Of a stretch of DNA of 64,000 bases, positions 26,393-39,087 are shown piece after piece. Positions within the stretch are counted from its first letter, which is position 1, and every line of letters starts with the position of its first letter. A model generated the notes under the pieces. That model made no database searches. It was not told the DNA's origin and saw only the letters and a program-made list of their open reading frames with translations. This DNA comes from Balanoglossus misakiensis (taxonomy: Eukaryota > Animalia > Hemichordata), in assembly GCA_040954595.2 (NCBI GenBank), contig CM082577.2, forward strand, positions 3,243,703 through 3,307,702, read 5' to 3'. The position numbers were made by a program, and so were the translations under genes.

Positions 26393-27691
26393 ATGAAACT
26401 CCTGTATCCACGACACACCGTTGTTGCCGGTGTTACGGTATTTTTCGCAGTGTGTTTTGGTCGAAGTGATGCAGTAAGTATTCCTATCATCAAAATGTTT
26501 TAACTACGCTACGAGATGAGTGTTGGCCATACACTATGTTAAAAAGTAATGAAGTACTTATGTGGAGCAGTGCAATATCGTGGGGTATATTCTTCGTTTG
26601 AGAATTATAGCAAATATCATGTTTCCGCGTGTAATCTGTTGTAGGCTACTAGAATTAGAGTTTGTGTGCAATGCGCTATAGTGCCATGGTTGTTTTGCAG
26701 ACGATGGAATGCCAATGTCAAATCGATGGAGCTGTCAGACAGACAGACTGCCATGTTAAGAGACATCAAAACACCATTCAATAGATTTATTAGAACCATC
26801 AATAATGATTTACGAAGGACCAAATGTGGTGATCGAGTGCGTCAACAAGGGATGTCTCCTCCTTGGCATCTATCTATGTATCTACAAATGTATCTGTCTG
26901 TCTGTCTTTCTTTCTTTCTTTCTTTTTGTCTGTCGGTCTGCCTGTCTGTCTGTCTAGATTCTGTCGAAGAATTGCCATTCTTGTCCTGAAATTGTAACTG
27001 TTCTAACATTTTTCGTCACGTCCACTGTACAGTTTTTGTTGACTTATGTTCTTGTGGCAAACATCCTCGCGAGAAGATCTTTGCCCCCAAAAGCCATTTA
27101 ACTTGAAAGCCTTGGTTCAGCCTGTCAGGTTTGCATGCAGAAGTGAGCGTGGGGCACTTTCACTGATTTATAGTCAAAGGCAGTTGTGTTTATTAATCCG
27201 CACAGAGCCTTTCAAGTGTCAGTGACCATATGTATTTGGCAGCGTTTCAGACCCATTTCAAAACATCCATGTTAACGTATCTCCCGTTTCATCGCGTTGA
27301 TTTGTTACTTTTACTTCTCAACTTCGACTTTTATTTTCTCGCAATGAAAGTATACTGCCTTCCTGTTTGTCTGCAGTTTCCGCACGTCACGGGGACGGAT
27401 TACTGCGATACGGTCACCCGAGCGTGTCAGCAGGTTCCCGGATGCTACGGCCAGATCCAGCAGGACATCTACAGTCTCTTCTGGAACTGCTTTGGCCTGG
27501 ACCCGGACAACGACGTCTGCCCGCCCAGGTGTGAGCGGGCTGTGAGGGCGTTCGTCACCAAGAGCGACACCTACCGCCAGCTGGCCGACTGCAACTGCAA
27601 CGACGGGCGCGCCGGTATCTACGTCTCCACGGAGCAGTGTCGGGCGACACAGCGGCTGTACAGGCCGTGCCGAGGGGCCTTGGAAAACTGA
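26393..27691 (+). CDS. Secreted single-domain GDNF-receptor-alpha/GAS1-like protein B (~131 aa)
   Basis: Exons 26393-26473 (MKLLYPRHTVVAGVTVFFAVCFGRSDA, GTAAGT, phase 0) and 27377-27691 (FPHVTGTDYCDTVTRACQQVPGCYGQ...NC...CPPRC...LADCNC...C...PCRGALEN*). Same 10-Cys pattern and exon structure as protein A; GC3-rich coding bias. Confidence 0.85.
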
Positions 27692-28467
27692 GTTTGCGCT
27701 CAAGATTTCGGACTATTTCAAATGGACCATTATTGCACTCTTAAACCGCCGTTTCACAATGCACTACATCTCCACATACATGTATGTTTTGCTTCTTGGT
27801 GACTGTACATATAAGCTTACGCACTCGGGACAACTTGCAACGCGAGGATCAGCGAAAGAGGCTATACCTGAACACATCACAAAAGTTGTTCACTTTCCCC
27901 AGGCCTTTGACGTCATCTTCAATGTCAAAGCCATAAAGACTCGTTGAAAACAAAATAAAACTTGAATGTAGATTTTTTCTAAAGAATCTTAGTGTAGAAG
28001 GCCAATGCCTACAGTCATAAATATATGCTATTCTTGATGAAATAGAATTTGAGTTTAACTTTCTAATAAAAAATCTGGCGATCGGGTTGTAAATGTATTT
28101 TACGTACGTACGAATAAAACAGTACACAGGTGAGATTACTATTGTTTGACTGTGCTTAAAAGGTACACGGAATCACGTCTAATTGTCAAATACCATTGTA
28201 GTGGGTGTGGCAATTAAAAAAAAAACTTGGCATCCAACTTGAATGAAAATCTGATTCGCTAGATCTGGGCAAGTGACGTGTCGCCATAGCAGCCAAAATA
28301 AGAAAATGGGCGCGATAACCGCGACTGAAGAGTCCACAAGAGATATTTCCGGTGCCTTGATTTACGGATCGTCATGATCATGACATACCATTCCAGTTCA
28401 TGAACTCTCGAAGTGGACTTGACCTGCATGTACTCTCAATATCTTGACCTGCTGACCCTGAACTTGA

Positions 28468-28560
28468 CCCCCGGACATTTACCAATCACCAGTTAGGGCT
28501 GCATGGTTGGGCCGGGTCGGTGTCTGGTCGGTAAATGTCCAGGGGGGCGACTCTCCTAGA
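28468..28560. mobile_element. Small inverted-repeat (MITE-like) relic
   Basis: GGACATTTACC (28473-28483) and its reverse complement GGTAAATGTCC (28530-28540), flanked by C5 and G6 runs, with GTTAGGG-like sequence inside. Confidence 0.35.
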
Positions 28561-29002
28561 ATGATGCATGGTGTTTTGTATTTGCCATGTTACCATTGAT
28601 ATCTAATATTCATAAACACTTTTATTGTAAAATGAACAAGGTGTGGAAGATGGAAGAAACATGAGAGAATTGCGTGAACATTTTTTTAAATTTCTGTCAC
28701 AACAGTGATGTGTACACTTTAATTCTTGGAAACCGTATTTTTAACCGGAAAACATAAGCCATCTCTCAATCGCTGTCGTAGTGCCAGCCCGTCGTTGTCA
28801 GAGCTTCAACGCCCTCTGTTGGCGACCTAGTTCAGGGTTATTATTCCGCAGACATGTCACCTGACTGTTATATGGTAGAGGTCTCGTAAAAACGTGACAA
28901 CGAGGAAGTGATGTGATTTACCCCCTGGATCAGACGACCTGCACAGACACCAGCCATCTGCATTCGCCCGAGCCAGGTATACGAACATAGCCGGCCGTCA
29001 AG

Positions 29003-32000
29003 ATGATCCGTCTCGCCTTCTTTGCCGTGTTGTTGACGCTGGCTGTCGGTAAAGGTAAGACCCACGGCCTGCACATGTGACAACAAGGATTGACCTCGAC
29101 TCATGCAGCCACGGTTGACTACAAACATTCGTACTCTCTGCACTATCTGTGTTGGCATAACCATGCCAGCGTTTTGCACGCTCGTTGCATCCCATTCGGT
29201 GAGACCGTCAGACGGTACTATAAATTATGAAGAGGAGCGTTAGCTGCCAGAATAATGAATGGTTACATTTACACAAATATTTGTAGGCTTACATTTATCA
29301 CGACCGAACATCACACTCTGACCTCGAGCTCTGTCTGGCACGAAGAGCTGACCTTGAAGATATGCACACCAGTGATCTGGGACAGGCGTGTGACACTTTT
29401 GTATACTGATGTCTTGGCCAGTGCGAAATAAACTCATCAATAAACGTTGCTTTGAGGAGGTCCAAAAATGATGATGAATCTAGCAAGAACAAGGGCTGCT
29501 AGATTGTGAGCGCCAAACGCATGGCAAAGGGTCACGAATTATCAATGAATGATAGATTTAAAACAAGATATACATGTAGGGAAGGGCACATCCATCTTTA
29601 TCGGGACAACCTTGATACGATTCAGATAGTAAATTATCAACAAACTCCAACACAGAATCTCAGTGACCGGGTAGATTAATTGACATAAGCACAAAGATCA
29701 GTGTCATCACCACTGGAAGTAAACCACTAGCACGTTTTTTTCTTGTTCTTACAGCACCGGTGAAGCAACTCGAATCCAAGACCGCCATCAAACATGAGTA
29801 TATAGTCGCGTTTGAAAGTAACATCACAGACGAAGCGGGTGAGAGCATTTCGCTTACGGTCAAATGTTTCTCTCTCACAGTCGGAGCATTCGGTCATTTC
29901 ACAGTTTAGCGATGACAGCTGAACACGGTGTAACTTTGCCATAAAAGAGGCAGGGAACATATTTAGATTAGCACAGTCAACTACGTTTCACGACCTCTCT
30001 CATCATACCTTTTCATTTATTAACAACGTGTTACTTTCTTCGAATCGTCCGTAGTTGTGAAGCACATGAAACAAGTACAGACCGTCTTGTCGCTTAGCAA
30101 CGAAACCAAGCCAGCAGCCAAGCTGTTGAGCGAGTTCAATATGCAGGGTTTCAAAGGATACGCTTTCAGGGGGTCACCAAGGTATGTTCAAAGCTTCATG
30201 TTCAAAGTTTCATGCTACATTTTCGCGTTATGACGGGCAAACCTGGACTGAAAGATTCAGTCGGGTGCATGCGCTCCGGCGCATTGCTTACGACCCTATA
30301 TAGGCCTACAAGTTACAATCTTGCATTTCTTTTACGCCTTATAGTGTTTTAGAGAAGATACGGAACATGCCGGATGTGAAGTACATCGAAGCTAACCAGG
30401 TACGGACCGTGTGACGTCATACATGCACTATATGTTGACTCGACCAATCATATACAAGCATGTGCTGTCGTCATGAAAATATGAAGGAGCCATTTTGATG
30501 AATGAGAAAGCGTGAAATGGGATTTGTTGTTTCCAAGTTCGTGACCAGACTCATGGAGTCTGAATCAACGCTCTTAAAACCCTTTCTTCGAATCATGTTG
30601 AGTTTCATGTTTCACTCTTTGTGTTCTAACATCTATTAAAGGTTTTCAGAGCTGTCCAGACAAGTTGTGTCGATCAGCAACGTGCCACGTGGGTGAGTCA
30701 CACTCAGTCATTTTGATCACATTACTTAAGTCCATAAACTGCTTCGTTTTGATAAGTGACTACATGACAGGGAGTCGCGCTGCCGACAATAATGTGCTAG
30801 TCGCTATCGTTCTACTTGGTTTGTAGTTCATACCTTGTCATTGTGTGTTTCAGGGCTTGGTGCGGACCACTGAACGCGACTTGCTTTTGGATGGCATTTA
30901 TACATACGACGGTGAGATTTCACTCGATCACCATTTTTCCGATTACCTTTTTTTGCGTTCGGTGCCTGCGCACAGGAATGGACATGTGCAGGCTAACGAG
31001 GTGTTGGGTCTGACCCAAGTGTTTCATGAGCTACGGATTGCGATGGTAGATGTTGGTGTGATCGATAGACTGCGTGCAACGCTTACAGTACATGTGGGAC
31101 TGTACGTGAGTCTTAATTATATGATCGCGCCCACTGAGGGATTAAGAATGATTGATTGACCGCGAAAAATCCAATGAAAATAAATATAACAGGTGGTCTT
31201 TTCTCTTCTAGACGACGCATCTGGACAGGGAGTCACTGCATACGTAATCGACACGTAAGATTCTTCAAAGACGTTTTACTAAATATTCTCGAGCCCTTCA
31301 GTGTCATTTCAGACGCCAGTAACTAATGTGTTGTATATATCTTTTTTTATCGAGCGGTAAACTAAATTACGCGTGCTTTGTTAATAATTCAATAAAAAGC
31401 GCAATACCGAGTAAATATAAAACTCAGTAAAGTTTCAATAGTAGGCAGCCGTATACACGTGAGTCACAGTTTCTGATCGAGACAATAGTGTGATGTGATT
31501 AATCGTGCGAGTTTCGCTTTCGATTTCTGTTTCAGCGGAATTTACACCGAACATGGCGACTTCGGAGGCAGGGCAACATGGGTATTTCTTCTCATTATTC
31601 TCTGCTTGATAGACATCAGGTGAAGCGCGTGATAACTGGGTGGGAACAGGGAATAGACAGACGTCGTAGAAAACAGAGAGACTGGCGAGTTGCTCTTTTC
31701 TGTTTTGGGGTTTCAGAATTCACGCGAAACAGAAGGGTAGCCGTCATTTTATTCTGTGATGCGATACTGAGAACCGACATTTGATACATTTTGTTGCCTA
31801 GGGAACGGATACAATGGAGGACCCTTCTCCGGGAACCGATGAAAACGGACATGGCACTCACGTAGCAGGTAATATTACTGATGTACATGCATAGGGATGG
31901 CCGTTGGTGGCAGTATTACTCACTTCTCAAGTTCTGTACTGCCGTCTATTGACTGCACAGTCATGTAGTCCATTTTCAATAGAACATTACCAGAAGTGAA

Positions 32001-34290
32001 AACGAACCAAAACAGGATTTCCGATCTTTAAACAGTCTATCTCATTCATGTGTGCACATGTTTTGTATAAAGAGCAAAATATTCCTATTGCAGGCACAAT
32101 TGGAGGAACTGAGTATGGCATTGCAAAGAAGGTCGACTTGATTTCCGTTAAAGTTTTGAATAGAAACGGAGAAGGTGACACAATGTAAGAATCTGAAATT
32201 GAACTCGCAAGTTTCCCCGTAGAGTAGAGTTTTGAGCCAAGATTTATCTTACGTCAAGGTAATATTTTTGACATTAGCACCGCACTACAAAGGCTGCATG
32301 CTATATCTTCTTGAGTACATATATCCAAGGCTCGCAGCGTTTGCGTGAGCTTTAAAAGATTCCTTTCTTCCTCACAGTTCCATAATCAATGGTATCCAGT
32401 GGGTTGAAAACCACCACCGCGGGAAGAAGACGAGCAATGCCGCAGGATCTCTTGCGAAGTAAGTTTGCTGTGATAGCAGAGATTAGTAGCCCCGATGTAG
32501 CTCAACAATGTTAATTGAAAATATTGATTCGTCATTCCCTTTTTAAGTCAATCAAAATGTTTGTGAGTTAACTGACATAATTTTCTATTCTCTTCACAGT
32601 ATGTCACTAGGGGGCTCATTTTCTTTAACGATAAATGTTGCTGTTTTAAGCGCCATAGCCTCGGTAAGTTTGTATAATGTATTATGGCCGCCACTTTTAC
32701 GAAAGTCCATTGTGGACGCCATGAAGTCTATATGTACGGTTGTTAAGGGGAAAGTCTGCCTACATGTATCGAAACGCCGCCTCGTAAAACTTCAGTTGTT
32801 AAACCTCGATCCACAGCAAGTTATCGAAACTGCTGCATGTTGTCTGCAATCTACAAATCATATCTAATTCAATTTCGCTTTTGCATCTGCCATTAGGGTG
32901 TGTCTTTCTTTGTGGCTGCGGGCAACGAATTTGGTGCTGATGCGTGCGATGTGTCTCCAGCAAGCGTTATACCCGCGTAAGAGATTATTTAACATATTCC
33001 TATATTTTACATATTCCTAGAGCGATTATTTTACAGGGGTATTGGAGAGATGGGGGAGGGGAAGAAGAGAGAGCCTAGAGGTGCCTCAGAAGGCTATATG
33101 CGACCGAAAGTACGATTCACACTTTTGTCACAAGTTGCTATAGACAGAGAGATTTTTTAGAGTTGGTCACTTTGCTGTTGTTACCTTAGTAATGTCTATG
33201 TCTTGTCTCTCCCCAGAGTAACAGTTGGTTGCTCGAACAACAAGGATGAGTTCTGCATCTTTTCCAACGTTGGCGACTGTGTGAACATACTGGCACCGGT
33301 GAGGGCGCTTTCCAACATCAGTGGTCTGTGTTGCCATGGGCGCGATAGTTATTTTCATGCAGTATCAGTATACCAAAGATGGCTCATATTGCTTTGTCCG
33401 TTCAGTCACTACATGGATTTCACAGATTTCATGGGAGTTGAGAATTACGCCTATAACTAACAAAACTACTTGTCTATTCCAGGGAGAAGGTATAACATCT
33501 GCTTGGATCGGTGGCCAGTTTGCTGATAACACCATCTCGGGTAAGTTTCATTACTGTTGATAGCAGATATGGGTCCAAGGAGTTTTTCCTCGCAAGGAAA
33601 ACCCCGTTGATGTCTCTACGCCCATCAAGATATCTGACCTTTGGTTTTGAACTGAAGTTGTTTTTTTACATTATATTTTTCTTTATCAGGAACCTCGATG
33701 TCAACCCCTCACGTGGTAAGTAGAATTTGTAAACTTGCCCCGCAGTATATCATGCTCCTCAACAGCCTTCTGCACAAAGGTGTGCGAGCAGTCGGCCTGT
33801 TTCGGTTCTTTTATAGGGATTGGAATGACGTAGTCATAGAAACGACTGATTTGCATAAAGATGGCGGTGGCATCATAGCATCATGTACGCACATCATCCA
33901 TTCAATCGCCTGTTCAGTATAACCATGACATTTTTTCTTTCTATCGCAGGCGGGCGTTGCAGCGAAGTATATCAGTTCCCTTGGCAGCACTCCGACGCCA
34001 CTCGAAGTCAAAGAATGGATCGAGATGAAGTGAGATGTGGTTTCTTGTTCGTACTTGCGTTAACTTTATGAAATTTGCCATATTGAAATCGAGACGATCC
34101 TCCTGCGCGTGTCATTTCTTACTGTTCACCAATGCGCGACTTGAAGCCGTCTAGCTAGTTTTATGGCTTTTGCGAATCTTGCTTTCAACCAGCTTGTCTT
34201 TCTTCTTTTTCCAACAGCGCCACCAAGGACAAAATCACGAAGGTTCCCACGGGAACACCGAATAGTCTCGTCTTCATGGAATGTGATTAG
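29003..34290 (+). CDS. Secreted proteinase K-like subtilisin (peptidase S8A) with I9 propeptide, 18 exons, ~405 aa
   Basis: Exons 29003-29054, 29755-29838, 30055-30181, 30345-30399, 30642-30692, 30854-30911, 31212-31254, 31536-31581, 31802-31868, 32094-32184, 32378-32458, 32600-32663, 32897-32976, 33217-33298, 33483-33540, 33690-33715, 33950-34029 and 34218-34290 join into a 1218-nt ORF. Motifs: signal peptide, I9 (YIV, GFKGY, VKYIEANQ), TWGL, YVIDTGI (catalytic Asp), NGHGTHVAG (His), NMSLGG, AAGN (oxyanion Asn), SGTSMSTPHVAG (Ser), GTPN. Confidence 0.95.
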
Positions 34291-37200
34291 GACGAGGCTG
34301 CTCGTGAAACGGGTTGAACAAAGTTGACGTAGATTTAGAAGCCGCTATTTTTGTACCCAAGGTTGCCAAAAGATATTTTTTTAAATAATCGTGACGATAT
34401 TTCATTTCAATCATATGATCGTATGGTCATTCGTCACCAAAGCGTTACCTGCAAAAAAAACTATTTACTTCCAAAACAGCGCGAATTAACGCTAAAAACT
34501 GCCCGTGCCTTTAAAAACTTGCCATGTATAAGATTTGTTCCTATCACGCTTAAATTGATATTTTTATACTCGTCAGAGACGTAAACTATACGCAGGTCTA
34601 ACTGACATTAATGCAATGATGCCACCGTGACTATTCACTATTTTTTTAAAATCATGTACAGAAAACACAATGTGTGTTTTTTACTCAGATGATCTGTATT
34701 TAAAATCAGGAGCAATAAATATTGCAGAATAGCCGCTGCAAACTCGTAAACATGTCTATTTTGATGAACGTACAATACATGGTGCTATTGTCTAAGGATC
34801 ACGTCGATAGTTGATCGTCTGATGTTTTACTCGCCTGTCTGAAAATGCCTCCCGTCTTTATATTAAATGGCGGCTGGGGGATCAGCAGTGTCGGACTACA
34901 ACTTGTTTGAATTCCTTCTTCGCGAAAACGAGCCCTGTTTATAAATTAATGCCACATCGAGTCCATATGTATGTAAATTCCACATTCCTTTCGTTACCTG
35001 GACGGAGTGACCACGCCCTCTAGTTTCGGTAAATTACCTTGGCATTTGAAAGGCCATATTGAAATATCAGATTTATCTCACGGGAAATTTAAATAACCAA
35101 AAGGAGAAAAAAGACACAGAAAGTGTCATTGGACAATTTATATAAAATACAAATGCGAGAATCGCGGGTTAATTGTGGAGATTTAAAATTCCTTGCGCCC
35201 AAAGACATTTTAAGGTTTAATATCAAACTGCTCCAATTAACTTCATCATGTTTTAATGTCATTTTACGTCACGTCTCACGACGCAAGATTTTGTCCACGA
35301 TCACTCGTTCAAAGTAATAATCGTACCCGTGGGGTAACCAAAACATACTCAAGACTTCACGACTTGAAAAAAAATTACTGCACGCCAAATGATCCACTAT
35401 CGTCGACAATGCAAACTATGTCAGCAATGGAGTGTTGGTATTACAAGTTTCACAATTGTATTCACCACTGTGAAATTGACATGATTGCTCGGTATGTGTG
35501 CTCCATTACACTCGTTGGAATTGACTGTACAGTCGTAGAAACGTGATGACCACGATACGCGAGACGGTGCCAACGATTTCCACAGTTCTTTCGATGTCAC
35601 TGAAACTTTCTTTCTTTTAAAATAAAACAAAAATTGCAACTGTTGACCGGAAACGGAGGGTAATAGTAGCTCACAAAGAGTTGACAAAATACTGGTAACC
35701 AATAACCGGTGATAATATGACCCGGTCGGGGCGGTATCGGCGTACAAATTATTTAATTTCAACGGCGAAACGCGATGTAAGACAAGGTGTTGGGTGCTCA
35801 TATGCATGTAAATTGAAGTTGACAAGAAGAAGGTGTTTTCACAAGAACGCATTTTCCCATGCCCGTCGGCAATCCAAGATGGAGGTCGCGCTCACAGGTG
35901 AGCCGGCTAGGGTTACCCGGGGCGACCAAATCGAACGGGCTCGGGCTCGTAGGAGGGTTGGGTTACGGGGGGACGATGGCGCGCTGTTCTGCCGTCAGAC
36001 CCGCGGACTTGGGTCAGCGAGGCCGGAATGGGGGTAATCCAAGCCGGGTTGTAAATGTGAAAGTGGACGACAGGGATGGCTGGCGAGTCATACCTGTACC
36101 TGGGCGGCTGTCGGTGACCGGTGAACTCGGCCGGAGACGTCAAGTCTGACGAGTAATGTTACTGGCAAACTATGAAGCTATTTTGTTCGTTAATCATGAA
36201 CAAGAATGTGTATTTTCCCCAAAGTTTGTCACTGACGGGCAAGGGCCGTGTGTGCCCTCCAACTCCCTCTTTCCCCTCTCCCTCTCTGTGTTAATGGATC
36301 GTTACGTTCTGCCCTGTTCTCCCCCTCTCTTTCTCCTACTCTCTGTCTCTCTCTCGCCCCCTCGCCTCCCCTCTCTCTCGACCAGACCAGTTAAATACAA
36401 TGTATAACTCAGTAACCGCCAAATGTGTAAATCTCCTTAATTTGCGGAAAGTAACCGAAGGAGGCTTTAAAAGTCTAAAGTTTCCTCTCATACAAATTGT
36501 GAAACATGTTGACATAAAAAAACGTTTCTTCCCCTTATTGCTATTTACGTTAGTTTTCTCTGGCACTGTGCCGATCGCTCCTCCAAATGTAACATGTGGT
36601 GTGATGTTTCCATCCGGGTTTAATTTAACTATTGTCCGCACGCTCGTATTGGTTTCATACAAAGAAGTACAGGTCCATTGCTCTCTGTTCGAGTAATGTA
36701 CATTTCATCCTGCTTATTGTGTTTGCATTTCACGGCCGTGGGTTGGCGCTATCGCATGTCGCCAATGAAACTTTAATTAAAGTTAATGTTACGCGATGCC
36801 GTTTACTGTTGTTTGTTTCTGGTTTTCCCCAAAACATCTAACTCAATGTGTGTCATTTCATTTGCGCGAGTCTGCAAAGTGCGGGGCTGTGAAATGTGTC
36901 CGTCGCGATGATTCGTTGCGGACCAGACGCGTCAAGCCGTACATGTAATAACCGACCGTTGTATATTTTACGTGCAATGCGACACGATCTCTCCGCGCGT
37001 ACGTACGTGTACGATGAGTATTTGGCGTGCTCGGTGTTGCGCAGTCATTTCCCCGGCGCGTCGGAGGCCGTCACCAAGGCAACTGGCGACACTCATTTCC
37101 CCCCTTATTGCTTTCCGGAGCGAATCACCACAACTGTTACGTCGTTTCGCACAAATTAATCCAATTTGCACTGTTTGAGAGATCCTTTGAGGCGCGTTTA

Positions 37201-39087
37201 CAGAGGGAATTCCTGACACGCAGAGTGTGCGCGCAACGAGTGACGGGCGCGAGAAAGACAAACAAGGGTCACCTCAACGCTCAGCGAAACTTTAAGGGGG
37301 TTCCTCGCGTCCTCGAAGATGAACGTCGCGATTGCCTTTGAGGGCCGCGACTATAGCGCGGTTACACATAATCTGATATGATGAGGGGGGATTATGACAC
37401 GAGGCTGCAGTAGAAACTGATGACCCTTCGCAAACCCGCGTATTTTCTCGGCATTTAAGAAATTGTTTACCCAGTGACGGAGCTAATGAGAAAATAGCTT
37501 CTAAATAACTTCCAAGTTTCGCCCGCGTGCGTTCGCATCCCTCGGTATCAGCGTTGCGGAACCAGGCAGCAGGGGGAAAATGCATACTTGTGGAAACTCG
37601 ATCGAGGTCTTTGTTCATTTGGGAGCTTTTACGCTAATATCTGATGCCAATCTGGCACTGATTGCGTCTCATGTTGCCTCCCTTGGGTGGCCCTGTGCTA
37701 CCGTGCAATTGTCTCAACCTGTCTTAATTTTTTAATTGGCCAGGCAACAAAAGTGTATCAATTTGTTTTCTTTCATTGCGGGGGATTGCCACCCCCACCT
37801 CCTCCCCCCGTTTCAAGTTGCCCACAGGTGCAATCGGGAGGTTTTTGAAAATATTGGCTCGTCCGAAAGTACGGGAATCCAACAACACACGCGCGTAGAA
37901 CTAGCGCCCGAAACGCGCTGTGTGAAGGCGCCGCGACTCAATCGTGGGAGCGCGGATTCCACAGGTGTATTGATTAATTGTGAAACATATCGAATTCTGT
38001 TGTATTAACCAGTTTTGCAATAACAACACTTGACAAGAAAGAACCTAGAGGGGTTTTCGATGTTCGGTAATCAGTTCAACGTTGTTGCTACAACAGATAT
38101 CCGTGTCTCGTTCAATCTCGAGCCTCTGTATGAGACAGGTGCGTTTCCGTCGACGGTTGGCTGCCAGTGGGTGGCCCCCATCGGTGATTGGGGGCGGTTT
38201 CGACAAGCCGCTTGGCACCTGCGCGGTATTGTGTGCCTGAATGTGGCCACTTGACAAGATGTCCCCGCGCGTCTGAGTGGAAGACCCGTACAGGTGTACC
38301 CGAGAGGGCGGACAATCAACGTTAGTGTATCCTTTCCTTGTTATATTAGGGGGACGTTGATATTCGGTCATGATGGATGGCTTTTCACACAACAGCGTCC
38401 AGCGGAGCATGCAGGCCGACTTTATTAAAAAAAAGTGAAAGCCGCCCCGCGCCGGAATGCCAGTTGCGTTGAAGTGGGGACAAACGTAAGATTGAGAGTT
38501 GGTGCATGGGCTTTGTGCTGCGATACTCCCAACCCCGTGATTAATTACACGTCTTCTCGGCGTTTACGTGTCACTTCTGCCAAAGGGAGTCAGTCAAAAG
38601 CGCTCTTGTTAGGGGTCGCATTTGCATTTAGCTGGCACTGCCCGCCACCAACCACTACAAGTTGTACACACTTGTTGTTTGCCCAAATTGAATTAAGATA
38701 TATTGTCACCTATGGAATCTCTGGCGCCCTGACCAGATAGTGTTACGAAATTGAAAGTCCTGCGCTGGAGTCTCGGAACGGGTGAATCATATGTACTCAG
38801 GAATCCCAGAGCGCGTTGTTTTTTTCTTCTGTTGCGTCGTCTGCCCAAGTGCAATTTTTGTGTGAAAGAAGAGATTATCTCGAGACTGACAGTCGACAGC
38901 AAGAACGCTTCATTTGATCGCCGTCACGTGACTACAATAGCTGCATTTCATTCACACGCCAGTCGGCTCTGGAACCACAGCAGACCCAGCGTAGCTCTCT
39001 TAGGATACAAGCAAGTATAGGCACCGGACTCATTGCGGATCTCCACCCGTGAAAGCCTTGCATCTTCTCCCGGAGAAACAAACTGTC

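Noticed and set aside
29287-29321. Possible extra subtilase exon after the AG at 29285-29286
   Set aside because: The required frame hits a TGA stop within 12 codons, while exon 1 joins 29755 in frame.
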